Both the position numbers and the translations under genes were made by a program. 64,000 nucleotides of DNA from Octopus sinensis (Eukaryota): contig NC_043010.1 in NCBI RefSeq assembly GCF_006345805.1, forward strand, positions 46,996,001 to 47,060,000, in the 5' to 3' direction. Every line of letters starts with the position of its first letter. The stretch's first letter is position 1. The notes beneath the pieces were generated by a model. That model saw only the letters and a program-made list of their open reading frames with translations. It was not told the origin of the DNA and did no database searches. This document shows, one piece after another, positions 1 through 13,086 of the stretch.

Positions 1-656
1 TTATAATCTTTTAATGCAGACTTAATTGTTCGCCCAATTCTACTGCACCATTAAATTTTAGTTTGTAGGTAGGACTTTTAATTTTCTTGCTATAAATTTG
101 GTTGGACCACTCCTTTAACTGAATGAAGTTTGGTATATTGTCTAACATCACTGCCACTGGAATGCCAAATCTAGATAGGAAATAGGCATTTGCTTATGTT
201 TTTTTAGCTGGGGCATAAAATACCTTCAAGATCAACACATTCCCAGCATCTTCATTGTATCTCCTGTTCATATGCAACTTTTCTCAAAGCTGTGATTTGT
301 GCCACTTATCAAGTACAAGAAATAGTTTTAAATCTCATTTTAGCATAGTCATCTGACAAACTCCTTTTTCAAAAACACTGGTCTAATTCTAGCGATAAGA
401 TTCTTTAAGCTAACATAATGAGTACATATGTTAAAATGATTTTTGATGTCTTCAGCAATATAAGCTGGAATTAATTCGTCATTACCTATATCAGAATGTA
501 AAGAGAACTGTACCATTACAAGAGCATAAATATGACTGACGATTTCAGCAGGCAAGTGAATGATTTTGAAACAATATTAATATGAGGGCCTAAGTAATTC
601 ACAGAGAGGCTCACTTAAAAACATCAAGATCTTTAATATATGATACCACTGTAGAG

Positions 657-854
657 CAGTGGTTCCCAAAGTTTTTAGAGTCGCGACCCACTATTTATCA
701 CACCAGTTTATGACGACCCACTTAACTCTACTGAACTATCTCGATAGACAGCAGTTAATCAAAGCTAATGCGTAATTTTATAACTTTTTGCGACCCACTA
801 AGATTCCATTCGCGACCCATCTGTGGGTCGTGACTCATAGTTTGGGAACCACTG
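657..854. mobile_element. hAT (Charlie-like) MITE, 198 bp
   Basis: TIRs cagtggttcccaaa (657-670) and tttgggaaccactg (841-854); perfect 8-bp TSD ctgtagag at 649-656 and 855-862. Confidence 0.88.
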
Positions 855-869
855 CTGTAGAGGATTCAC

Positions 870-1910
870 ATTCAATATCAGAATATTTCTCTAGAGTCCT
901 GCCAAGTGTATAATTAAGATATGCTATAGGCCTTTCATTTTGAGACCTTATTTCTGCTACAGTAAATTTAGCAACTTACTTAACTAAGTGTGAATAGTAA
1001 GACGTTTTATCTTCTTAAGACGATGGCGATGTTTATCTCAATTTAGAGATAAAGAATTTGGTTTCATGTCCAACAGATCGATCGTGCTACAACTAAATGA
1101 TAAATGGACAGGAGGTTACTGAAGAAGCTGAAAAGTTGATCATATTCTTGGATAGATTGAAACATTCTTGACAAACCTGAAAACAAAGAGTTGTTGCTGA
1201 TAAGGAAGCATTAATGTAATCAGGGTGTAGTATGTGTGGGTGCTTGACTGTGTTATATGACCTGTCCAAAGTGATTAATAACAGAGAGATATTCTTCTAC
1301 ATAGATAAAACGAAAATATTCAAAAACTTTTGCGAAAGAAGAGACTGAAGTCAAATACCACGGGACTTGAATGAGGCTGGGAATACAGTCAGAAGTTTGG
1401 AGAGCCTTAGGCACAGAAAATAAAGACAAGCTATTGGGATTTTCAGCATTTGAGTGGGGTTTCACTTGGAGTACACATAAATCATATCTGGTACCTATAT
1501 AAAGAGGACCTACATCAAAATGATAGAAAATGTGCAACGAAGCGAAACAAAACTTGATTCGATATTAAGAGAATCTTTCATTTGCAGAACGACTGAGGAA
1601 ACTGGTTTTACATACACCGTTGCCTATAGAAAATCAAGCGTATACAGTATATATTTTTAAGAGTATGAAAGAACCTACGACAAAGAAGCTCAAGAAATGT
1701 AAATAAAATACAAAGAGGCAACAAGTGTAACTAAACAAAAGGAAACATTCATTTTGAGAGTTGTGAATACTGAGTACGGTCTCCAGTAAAATAAGATAAA
1801 CTCAAAATCAGTGACGGAGTTTGAAAGTGGGATACAACTTTCATGGTAAAAAGATATCAACCCTAAGACAAAAATCACATAACCACCGTGACCACCACCA
1901 TATAACATTA
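870..1910 (+). mobile_element. Highly degenerate CR1-like LINE reverse transcriptase relic
   Basis: Broken frames give EFGFMSNRSIVLQLNDKWT (resembles QxGF..GRS...QLL...D.WT) near 1050-1110 and MIENVQRSETKLDSILR/NLSFAERLRKL near 1520-1610 (resembles IExVQRRATKL...LSYEERL). Many stops and indels. Confidence 0.6.
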
Positions 1911-1933
1911 ATTTTTGTTATCTTTATGTTGGT

Positions 1934-2581
1934 GTCGCAGGCTTGAAGTCACTACATGTGGCAGTCATAACTGAGCATCGTAGGTCATTGACATTCCACA
2001 AGCAACATCGAAACGTCGCAGGCCTGAAGTCACTACATGTGGCAGTCATAACTGAGCATCGTAGGTCATTGACATTTCACAAGCAACATGGAAACGTCGC
2101 AGGCCTGAAGTCACTACATGTGGCAGTCATAACTGAGCATCGTAGGTCATTGACATTTCACAAGCAACATCGAAACGTCGCAGACCTGAAGTCACTACAT
2201 GTGGCAGCCATAACTGAGCATCGTAGGTCATTGACATTTCCCAAGCAACATCGAAACGTCGCAGGCCTGAAGTCACTACATGTGGCAGTCATAACTGAGC
2301 ATCGTAGGTCATTGACATTTCACAAGCAACATGGAAACGTCGCAGGCCTGAAGTCACTACATGTGGCAGTCATAACTGAGCATCGTAGGTCATTGACATT
2401 TCACAAGCAACATCGAAACGTCGCAGGCCTGAAGTCACTACATGTGGCAGCCATAACTGAGCATCGTAGGTCATTGACATTTCACAAGCAACATCGAAAC
2501 GTCGCAGGCCTGAAGTCACTACATGTGGCAGTCATAACTGAGCATCGTAGGTCATTGACATTTCACAAGCAACATCGAAAC
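1934..2581. repeat. 81-bp minisatellite, 8 copies
   Basis: Unit gtcgcaggcctgaagtcactacatgtggcagtcataactgagcatcgtaggtcattgacatttcacaagcaacatcgaaac starts at 1934, 2015 and so on; near-identical head-to-tail copies with no spacers. Confidence 0.95.
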
Positions 2582-4249
2582 GTTAATCATCTTAAATAGC
2601 CCTGACCACATGCAAGCAAGCAAAACGTATGGATCGTCACATCAGTATAATCACTATCATAGATGTAGATAAATAAGTAGAATGTATGCAGATGTTGACA
2701 AGATTCGTTTGTCAACACTCGCTAGCTACCGTATTTCATGCAGATGACGCCCCATAAGTATTTATCTTCGCCACCAATAACAGTTCGACTTAACAAGAGA
2801 TGTTGGTAGAACTAATTCGAAATACGTGTAAAACAAACTGGAGCATTCATGCTAAAACTTTGATACACTAATTAACAAAGAATGACATACTGAAAGAATA
2901 CTCGGCATTCTTTCGATATAACTCGACAAAATCAAAACATTTCACTTTGGGTGTTTCCGTGGAAGCATATGACAGTTCGATTCTGTTTTCTGCTTGGAAA
3001 TTTGCGGAATTTACATACACACATGAAACAGGTATGAACAAATATGCAAGGCTTTTTTTTCTTCTTCAAGAGACATTGCTGGCATAATTTCGTTATATCT
3101 ATACTCCACAACCCACGGAAAATACACGAAGTAAAATGTTTTTGATTTTGTCGCGTTATATCGAAAGAATGCCGAATACTCCAACTAATGAGTCCCAACA
3201 CATTGAGACAACGAAAAGCCATGTTGGAAGGAATATCGATAGGAAGAAGAGATAACAATGTCACGTGGGCTAACGAGTTTGAGCCGATTGTAGAGAGGAG
3301 ACGTCTGCGAGAAATTATGACTAATAACATCATATATATCATATATTATTTTTAATTATTTAGTTTTTCAGTCGCAATAAAGATTATTAAATCATCGATA
3401 TCATTGTCTTCCATCAGGATAATGATTTACATTTTTTCTATCTCATTTAACCCTTCGATAACGAAACAGCTGGACACCAACCACGCTTCCACATTAAACC
3501 GTTTTTTTTTTCTTTTCATATTTATTCATCACTCTGATCCACATAAAAATAAACACATTAATTTTAAACAGAATAGTTTTATATCCAAACTAAAATTTAC
3601 TGAAGTATAAATAACGCTAAATTTGCAGAGGATTGTTACATTTTCGCTTGTCTTATTAGCGCTACCACATGTGGCAAAAAGTTCCGACCACCTTACAGAA
3701 CCTAATCTAATAATTTTCCCTGATTTATCCAATGTGACATCTATTGTCTTTACTTGTAGAATAATTAAAATACAATGGTCGAGTAAAAATATTAATTGGT
3801 ACGTTGATACGAGCTTTTAGCGCACAAATTCCTAATTATGCTGCGAAACTTGCCGCCAAAAACAAAATCCCTTCGGATAATGCAACTGAATTGCACTGGA
3901 GGAAATGAATCAAGAAAACAAAGTGAATCGGACAGATACAAAAAAGAGAAATAAAATTGCTGACAGTGGGAATTGTTATTTTTTAACATAGTTATTCATG
4001 AATATTTAAATGTACGGACTGAAATCATGGAGATTTTCCATACTTGAATTTAAATTTTTTTTTAAATTTTGATAATTCGCGTTAGTGAAACGATTTTTTC
4101 AATCCACTGAATCATTTGTATCAATAAATAAATGTAGCATATGCTGGCAAGAGCTGACAAAGCAAAAAACCACATAAAATGCACCTAATTCTTTTTTCTT
4201 TTTTTAAAAAACCAGGTTATGATTATTGGTTAAGTGGTACCGTAAAGAT

Positions 4250-4850
4250 CGTTTAAAGTGGTCGACATAAGACAGAGGATGTAGAGATGTTTACGTTGAA
4301 AGACGGACAATAGCAAACACTTCTAATCAAATAGGAATTAAATACAAAATACCTACCTTATCAGAGTTGACAACCTTTACTTCGACACCTTGTACTTGGT
4401 CCGTTGCCATCTTGCCGAATGTGTCGTCATTGGAAAGTCAACAAGTCTAAAACAGTAATTATCTCCCTTGCTTTCCTATCTCGTTCACTATATTTTCCGA
4501 ATTAGGAAATCTAACTTACAGAATATTTTAGGAGAAAACCGTCTGTTCTTTTATGTTCTTTTTAATGGTTGTTGGTTTCCTACAAAAATACAATGCTTCT
4601 TAATTACTTTGGGGTGTTAAATTCTTTGACGTTTCAGTCTTTTTTCAAGAGCGAAGTGATGGCTTTGATTCAGAATTGAAACTGGGTCGTGGATTCTGCT
4701 CCCTGGAAGATTACCTCTCTGCAGGGAAAATATTGCTCTTTCAATTTTGTTGTTGAATATTAGAAGCATTGTTGCATTCTTCTGTTACGTCCCTTGTGTC
4801 ACATTCTGTCCCATTTTCTTTTTTTTCTTTCTTTCTTTTTTTTTTTGTAA
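4250..4850. promoter_or_regulatory. Candidate (possibly bidirectional) promoter region
   Basis: CpG is visibly more frequent over about 2.6-4.7 kb than in the flanks. A YY1-like motif (gccatctt, reverse aagatggc) overlaps the candidate minus-strand start codon at 4408-4410. Confidence 0.3.
4357..4410 (-). CDS. Candidate first coding exon of an unidentified minus-strand gene (MATDQVQGVEVKVVNSDK)
   Basis: caagATGG start context, 18 open codons, then a phase-0 donor AAG|GTAGGT (4351-4356). No later exon identified in the window. Confidence 0.4.
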
Positions 4851-6365
4851 GATTCTACCATGAGTTGAGTTTTAAATCTAAATTAATAAATCAACTGTGA
4901 AAAAGTTGCCAAAGCATGCTTACTTGATGGGCTACAAAAATAGCAGCCGGATTTCCTTGAACAAATGATCAAATTACTTACCTCTCTCTCCCCTTGGGTT
5001 TTTTTTTTATAAGACAGATAGAAACAAATTAGAGAAATAACAATCTGTTTCTAATCTCATCTTTTAACATCCATTCTCCATGCTGGCAAGGATTGGATGG
5101 TTTGACAGGAGTTGACCAGCTGGAGAGCTGCTCTGGCTCCATTTGTCTGTCTTTGCAAGGTTTCTACAGCTGGATGCCCTTGCCAACGCAAACCACTTTA
5201 CAGCATGTACCAGGTACTTTTACATAGCACTAGCATGGGTGCTTTTTACATGGCACTAGCACCCATGAGCCCACATGGCTAGGATCTCTTGACTGATATA
5301 AGGATATTGTGCAAGTACCTGTATGCATGAAAAGTCACAATTCTAATTAGCTTGGTGTTATGATTTGCAAATAAATGATGGGTTACTAGTATATAGATGA
5401 ATTTCAGATTAAACTACAGACCATGTATTTGTTGTATATATGAAAATTTGATAATTGTTTACAACAAATGTTTTGACAAACAACCGAATGAGGTGTGTGT
5501 TGTGTTGGGCAGCATATATAATGATGTGTACAAGTATAAACTGTAGATAATGTGTGAAAAGAAGAACACGTATAGTTGTGTGTGTATATGACAGGTAGTT
5601 AGCTGGTCAATCATTAGTAATGGCTATTTCACATGTTGATGATGATGACAAAGGGACAAAAGAAGGCCTTGTCTTTTGTGTTGGTAGTAGTGAAGAAAGG
5701 TCTTTTCCCTTTGGCTTGGAAAAGACAAATAGCACTCCTCCAGTTTGGCCTAGGATGAAAGGAAACAACATTGTTTTGTGTGGTTGTATCAATCACAAAA
5801 GTAATGCCAACTTCTAGGAATGATTTCTCTGTATCTGCTTATATTGTGAAGTTTAAACAAATTATTTTATGAGACAGGGGCTGTAAAGACTGAGTAGAAC
5901 TTTCAAAAGCAGGTGTCTTGTTTCCATTGCAGGTAACAAGGATGACGTTTATAAGAACAATGGGAAAACATAGTCATGATTTACTATAAGCAATGTTTAC
6001 AGTTGCATTTTCTATTCAGTTTCACAAATGAATGATATCAATAATAATAATAAGACTTTGAAACATATAAAGGGAATAAATTTATAACATGATATAATCT
6101 TTAAGAAATTAGGGAAATATTGTTCTTTTTTTTATTTTACACTTCATCTTTTTACTGGAACTAGCAAAGATGAATTTAAAATGTGTTCTTGATTGGGCTT
6201 TTCCAAGACCACCAACAAATTCTCTATTATCCTTGTTGATTAAGGGCTGTAAACAGGAAAACATGATTGAAGAAATATTCTGGTAGTGAAACTATGTGGA
6301 TGGTTTCCTATATCTTGTAACTCTTAACAATCACAACTGCTTATAAAAACAGTGTTAGCTGTAGC

Positions 6366-6386
6366 ATGCACCCTGGGGGATTACAG
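6366..6386 (+). other. Candidate short exon (MHPGGLQ)
   Basis: ATG at 6366 and a strong donor CAG|GTAAGA at 6387; product not recognised. Confidence 0.25.
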
Positions 6387-6711
6387 GTAAGAATGAATAC
6401 TAGAAATTTGTTAAGAAAGTGCTTTATGTGCATAGCCACATCATCATGTGTAACATGATTTTGCCCTTCAATAGCAACTGTTATTTCCTATTTGCTTACC
6501 CCTAGACAGTATGCAAAATGACTAATATTTCCTTTAAACTTTGCTTTTGTTCTGTTTATTCAACACATGGCTATGATACTCCTCCGCTACTTCTGCTCAT
6601 GATCAGAGATGCACATATTATCAGCCACTAAGGGACATGCTCAAGTGGTTAAGGTCAAGCAAATCTGTGGTATTGAGCAAAATATTTGCTATAATTATAT
6701 TTCTGTTTCAG

Positions 6712-6752
6712 CAACTCAGTGCTGAATCTGTCTGCAATGTAATGGAAAATAG
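6712..6752 (+). other. Candidate 41-bp internal exon (QLSAESVCNVMEN)
   Basis: Acceptor atttctgtttcag| and donor AG|GTGAGT; in frame with the 6366-6386 candidate. Confidence 0.35.
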
Positions 6753-7039
6753 GTGAGTTTCAAAACATTAATGTCCAGGTCGCAAAAGCAATGCTTGAAG
6801 GGAATAGTAGACATTCCTTTTGGTTTCTAGATAGAAGTAAACAGGAAATAATACTTATTGACCAAAAACAAAAAAAATTTAAATTTTGTTACACCGTGTA
6901 TTACAGTCAAGAGAAATTATTTTTACCTCTTCAAAAACTTTATCACAATAAATTCTCAACAGTAAAAGAAAAGTACTTTAGAACAATGCAATATTCTTTA
7001 GAGAAAGTGACTTGGTTGAGATCTTAGCACATGAAATAC

Positions 7040-7560
7040 TACCTTCCCTTTTAGAGTTGGGTGAACTTCAGTTGCTATATAAAGCCTAACCGTCTGAAAT
7101 GATCTGAGTTTTCCAGACAACCAAAGCCACTTTCTATGAAAATGCTGACACGGTATTTATACCTTACATGGATATCTGGCATGACCCAGTCATTAAGAAA
7201 GAGCCTTTTCCCATTTTGACTATCAAGATTCAAGAGTCCAATTTGCTTTCAGCCCATGTTGTGCTTGTTATGTCAGGATAAGCTGTAATATTGACAGTTC
7301 CAGCATCTCCATCCAAAACAACAATCATGAGTAGGTGAACACTAAGATTATAGTTCTTGTACTGCATGTACAGGAGCATAGGGAAAACACTATTCAATTA
7401 GGTAATATAGACACAGATATAATTATTTTTGGTAGACATATTCCATGATGTGACAACAGCTCTACCTTTGGTGGACAATAGTGGCTTTGGAATGAGCAAA
7501 AATTACAAGTTTTACCCCACCAAATAGCAAGAGTACCAGAACCATCACAAGAAGCCTAGA
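7040..7560 (-). mobile_element. Degenerate LINE endonuclease (APE-like) relic
   Basis: Minus-strand fragments such as SQNGKRL and YRVSIFIESGFGCLENSDHF loosely resemble APE motifs (NG.RL, SDH); many stops. Confidence 0.3.
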
Positions 7561-7859
7561 AGTGTTATGATCAAGGACATCATCCACAGTCCATGTATTT
7601 CTAGATTGTGAAACAATCTCTGCTTTCAACAGCAAGAGCAAGCAGTCAGTGTAGCAGGCCTGACAGATCTATAAAGGCACCACAAGTCAAGCAACTGAGA
7701 CCATTGGAAATATGCTGTGCTTGAGAAGACCCAACAAGCCAAGTGGAATCAAAGCCGTGACCTATGTCAGTGTCACATAAATGGCCCATTTAAGAGTACT
7801 CTTCAATCATAGGGCAATATGCTGCTCTTGAGAAGACCTGTTGAGTCAAGTGAAATCAT

Positions 7860-8225
7860 TGTTGTGGCTGATGCCAGTACCACCTGACTGGCATCTCTGC
7901 CTGTGGTATGTAAAAAGCACCATTCAAGCATGGTCAATGCCAGTCCCACCTGACTGGTTCCTATGCCAGTGGTACATAAAAAGCACCATTTGAGCATGGT
8001 CAATGTCAGTGCTGTCTGACTGGCCCCCATGCCAGTGGCACATAAAAAGCACCCACTACACTCTTGGAGTGGTTGGTATTAGGAAGGGTATCCAACTGTA
8101 GAAACCTTGCCAGATCAGATTGGAGCTTGGTGTAGCCTCCTGGCTTGCCAGTCTTCAGTCAAACTGTCCAACCCATGCCAGTATGGAAAGCAGACATTAA
8201 ACAATGATGATGAGGATGATGACAA
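7860..8225 (+). repeat. SINE-like interspersed repeat, (GAT)n/(CAT)n-tailed family
   Basis: Shares aaaagcacccactacactcttggagtggttgg...catggaaagcagacattaaa(tga)n with copies at about 5070-5285, 9040-9210, 10335-10740, 15140-15425, 45805-46050, 55345-55590 and 57070-57260. Confidence 0.75.
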
Positions 8226-10334
8226 CAGTCTTCTATCAGTTTTTGTCTACCAAATCCACCCACAAGGCTTTGGTCAGCCTGAAGCTACATTAGAAGACAT
8301 TTGCCCAAGATGCCATACAATGGGACTGAACCCAGAACCATGCAGTTGAGAAGGAAGCTTCTTACGACACAACTATGCCTGTGCCTATCTACATAACCAC
8401 ACCTGCACCTGTAGTTATTTTAATAAAGAATTCATGTCATAGATACCTGGCATCCATGACAAGAATTTATTTAATAATTTTATTTTGTTTGCTTTTGGTT
8501 TGTATATTTTTAATGCATATTTAAAAAAAAGAACTCCATTGGACTCCTTTGCTAATATTTTTAATAGCACTTAAGGGAATCTGATGCTGAATATGTTGTT
8601 TTTATCCACCCTAGTAACTAATAGTAATTTCCCTAAGCCACTTGACTATTTGGGTTGTGACAGCATACAGTTAGTAAATTTAAAGAAGTATAAACCTGGA
8701 GAAGAGACAGCATGATAGTGATGGTAGTGTTTGCTGACTGTTGATGATTAAAAGCTTACCTATAAGCTGGATGACTCTCTTTTAGATGGCAGTAGCTAAT
8801 GCTGCGTATGTAGCAATTTATGTCAAGTATTACACAATGCTAGCATGTCAAATTATCACATACTCATGTTTTGAGAGAAGGAGAAGGCTTAAACATCTGC
8901 AGATGTAATGGATGTACACGTGTATGTTTTAATATAATCCTCTGTGTATGTGTATGTAATGGATTTTCCATCTCAATTATGTATATATGCTGATGCAAAA
9001 CAACACTATTGTCATTGAATCCTCCTCCTCCTCCTCATCATCATCATCCTTTTATGCCTGCCTTCCATGCTAGCATGGGTGAGACAGTTTCACATGAGCC
9101 GGCCAGGCAGAAGCCTGCACCTAACTTCTGACTGTTTTGACATGATTTTTTACAACTGGATGCCCTTCCTAACCACAAAAAATCAGCAGAGTGGACTTAG
9201 TGCTTTTTACATGGCACAAACACAGTCGAGGTCAGTTTTGGACTGGGTACTTTTGAGTGGCATCTACACTGACAGGGTCACCAAGTACTTGCAAGACAAA
9301 AAAAAAAAAAACTTTCAAGAGGGAAGGGGGTCATTGGAGGAGGTAATCTTGTGTTGGATGATGAAAGGTTATAGTGAGGCAAAGAGAAGGACACAGATGT
9401 TTTGCTGCAGAGGAAGTACAAGGTTACCCAGCCAGAGGAAGAGAGAGAGAGAGATCAGGAATGAAGACAGAAACAGATGCACTACCGCAAAAGAAATACA
9501 TGGTTACCCAACCTGAGGGAAGTGCAGGAGAAGGAGAGAGTGAGAGACAGCAGGATAGAGATGGTGGCAAAATGCTAGGCATACTCACAAGGAAAGGGGA
9601 TCGGAATATAAATGGGATGGTTGAGTAAAGGAAGGGAGAGATATAGATGGTGAAAAGTGCCAGGGCATACCTTTGAGGTTCAAAGGTCATAATACAAGTG
9701 GCAGGATATTGCGAAGGAAGTGTGATTAAAGAGTGCAAGTAAGTGGCAAAAAACCTGGGTATATATAGAGTCAGGGATATATAGCACTGATAGAGAGGAA
9801 CAGGGCCATAAGGACAGGATTGGTGAGTGAGAGCTAGGCATAGTGTATGAAGGAGGAAATGTAAGAAAGAGAAGAGATGTGGAGATGTAGATTGGTTTGT
9901 TGGGGTAGGGTGAGTGAAAAGTTTTCTTGCTATGTGTGGGCGGGACACACAGGACAGGGGCTATCAGATAGCAGTAATACAGTAAGACAAGACATATGGG
10001 TAGAACACACAGGTTAGGGGCAAGCGGGGAGCAATGATACAGTGGCACAGGGCCAAGGGGACAGGATTGGGAAGTGGGAAGTAAGCATAGTGCATGAAAT
10101 GGAAATGTGAAGAAGAGGAGAGATGTAGAGACATAGTTTGGTTTGTTGTGGTAGAGTGTATGAGAAGTTTTCTTGCTAAGTGTGGGTGGGACACACAGTG
10201 CTTTTAGAACTCAGTTTTGCTGACATGGGCAGGCCTTCGCCAGATATCTCGGTCCATTGTCATTTCCTTTGTGAGGACAAACTACTTTTTTATTATGTAC
10301 ATATTAGCACACTGGTGTAGGATCAAATCAGATT

Positions 10335-10740
10335 CTTTCTAATACAACCATATGAGTGAGATCTTTGCCAGAGCAACAAGCTGGCCTTTGTGTCGATGGC
10401 ACGTTAAGCAAACCATTCGAGCGTGATCGTTACCGCGTCGCCTTACTAGCACTTGTGCTTGTGAAATATTCGAGTGAGGTCGTTGCTGGACTGGCTCCTG
10501 TGCAGGTGGCACGTAAAAAGCACCATTTGGGCATGGCCTTTGCCAGTACCACCAAACTGGCCCTTGTGCCTGTGGCACGTAAAAGCACCCACTACACTCT
10601 TGGAGTGGTTGGCATTAGGAAGGGCATCCAGCTGTAGAAACTCTGCCAGATTAGATTGGAGTCTGGTTTGCCAGACCTCAGTCAAATCGTCCAACCCATG
10701 CCAGCATGGAAAGCAGACGCTAAATGATGATGATGATGAC
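10335..10740 (+). repeat. SINE-like repeat, (GAT)n-tailed family, long copy
   Basis: Same core as 7860-8225, ending gcagacgctaaatgatgatgatgatgac. Confidence 0.75.
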
Positions 10741-11129
10741 AACTGTTAAATTTTGGGGTTTTGAGGAGGAAAGCCATTATAGTAGTGTCGGGGTTATCCA
10801 TTTTTGGTGCTAACGTTGGCTTAGTGATACACTATAATTTAGTCGGTATGAGAGAAAGAGGGGTCACCATCTTGTTAACAACAAGAAAATAGAAATTCAT
10901 GAGACACTTGTAATAAGTCATAACTTTTATTACTAGAGTGTGTGCACGAGCAGGTGTAAAGTGTAGCGGCTTGACTCAATTGATAAGTACCAATAATATA
11001 TTAAGTTCACTTCAGTTCAACTGATTGTACTCTTTGCCTCAAGAACTCACCACGAATAATTAAAAATAATGAACCCATGCTGTTATGGACAAATTGATGC
11101 AAAAGGATTTGATAGGCAGAAACTGAAAG

Positions 11130-11345
11130 AAGCAGAGACGTTAGCATGCCAGGTGAAATGCTTAGCGGTATTTCGTCTGCTGTTACATTCAGAGTTTAAA
11201 TTCCACTGAAGTCGATTTTGCCTTTCATCCTTTCGGGGTTGATAAATTAACTAGTTACGCACTGGGGTTGATGTAATCAACTTAATCCCTTTGTCTGTCC
11301 TTGTTTGTCCCCTCTATATTTGGCCCCTAGTGGGCAATAAAGAAA
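11130..11345 (+). repeat. tRNA-derived SINE with Nin-like central domain
   Basis: Core gtcgattttgcctttcatcctttcggggttgataaatt shared with copies near 27835, 40340, 41245, 42265, 46260(-), 48580, 52035(-), 54235(-) and 56330(-). The Nin-domain assignment is from memory of the consensus. Confidence 0.65.
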
Positions 11346-12069
11346 TAAGAAACTGAAAGAAGCCCATCTTATATATATATTCTCTCCTTGTTTTTTCTGT
11401 GTCCCTTTCTGTAGAAGGGCGTTGGCTCGAAACATAAAAGCCTTTTTCTATTCCTGAGCGTTATACTAATACATCTGTATATTTTGTACACCACCTGTCT
11501 TCGTCTTTTGTTTTTTTCGTAAACTCTCCCTACATATATATATATATATATCATCATCATCATTATCATTAACATTTAATGTCTGTTTTCCATACTGACA
11601 TGGATTGGATGGCTTGACAGAAACTGGCAAGGCCACGGATTGCACCAAGTTCCATAGTCTGTTTTGGATTGGTTTCTACAGCTGGAGGGGGAGGAGGGGA
11701 GGAGAGTTATGTGATGGCCAGAATTATGAAATTATGAAACTAAATAAGTGCATGGAAGATGAAAACGAAAAAAAAAAGAGACTAAAATGCAGTTTTTATC
11801 AATCTTAGAGATATATTGTTGTTGTTTTGTTATGTACACTTCAATGTGTCTGACTTCATTACTTCTTGTTATAAATAAATCAAAAGGTATAGGAATCAAG
11901 TTCTATCTCTTTCTCTAACTGTCAAATAAATACACGAATCTCTTATTTTTATCTCACATTTACATTTAATTTTGTTAATATCTTCTCCCCTGTGTTTGTT
12001 TTGCATTTTATTTTCCTTTTCGGTTAAGTGTACTTTCAGACATGAATGCAGAGTTTTGAAATTACTGTG

Positions 12070-12083
12070 TGTGTATGCATGTG

Positions 12084-12137
<54 letters not shown>

Positions 12138-12530
12138 TACATACATATATATATATATACATACACACACACACATACATATATATGAAAATATACATGT
12201 AAATACTTATATATATATGTTCAAATACACACATTCATGTGTGTGTGTATGTATAAACATATATGTATGTATGTATGTATATGTGTATGTATATATATAC
12301 ATACATAAACCTATATATATATATATATATACATGCATATATGTATATACATATACGTATATATATATATATGTATATATATATGTATACATATATATAC
12401 ATATATATGTGTATGTATGAATATATATATATTTATATATATATGTTCATGTGCACATATATACATACATACATACACGCGCATGCACACACACAAACAT
12501 TTATGTTTGTATGCATGCATGCATGCATAA
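12070..12530. repeat. Compound (TA)n/(CA)n/(TG)n microsatellite
   Basis: Direct inspection; similar tracts at 15720-15930, 20390-20960, 23260-23465, 31130-31590 and 43360-43540. Confidence 0.95.
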
Positions 12531-13086
12531 AAACAGGTAACATTATTTAACAGACTTATTGAGAAATATTTAGTAAACGTTTCATTTTATTATTTTGCTT
12601 TAGCTTTCTACTCGTTTTCGTAATATATAGAATTTGCTTGTTTATTTTAATCTTAATAGAATGTAAATCAATTCTATTCTATTTTATTTTGCTTTTATAC
12701 GGTTTTACTTTCCATTAAAAATTATTTCCCTCACTTACTCCCCAACCAATAGAAAATAAAAAAGGAAGAAAATAGAAGAAAGAGCAAAGCATTTGTCTCA
12801 CCTTTCTCCTAGTTCCCCACTTCCAACATTATGGTCTTATAATTTATCAGTTCTCAGTTTGACACAGACATTATCTTTTGGCAGTTCATGCCAGTTTGGT
12901 TGATGATTACAATGTTATATAATTTTATTTGAATATTTATTTCTCTATTCAGATGGGTTTCCTATGATTTGTTTCATATTTTTTTTCTTTTGTTTTATTA
13001 TTGTCTGTATTCCAAAGACATTTTGTTATTGTTGTTGTTTTTTTTTTAAGTATGGTGACAGCTTACAGAATCTTCAATTACTCTCT

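Noticed and set aside
1934-2599. CRISPR-like array, or a 218-aa repeat protein
   Set aside because: The units are contiguous with no unique spacers, the context is eukaryotic and no cas genes are present. The ORF starts at TTG and stays open only because 81 is a multiple of 3 and one frame lacks stops.
2932-3989. Short ORFs in the CpG-richer region
   Set aside because: No recognisable motifs and no consistent splice structure linking them to the 4357-4410 exon.
11972-12550. Tyr/Ile/His/Thr/Cys-rich ORFs (also 15634-15862, 20289-21292, 21984-22667, 23058-23465, 31082-31774, 43318-43890)
   Set aside because: These are translations of TA/CA/TG microsatellites.
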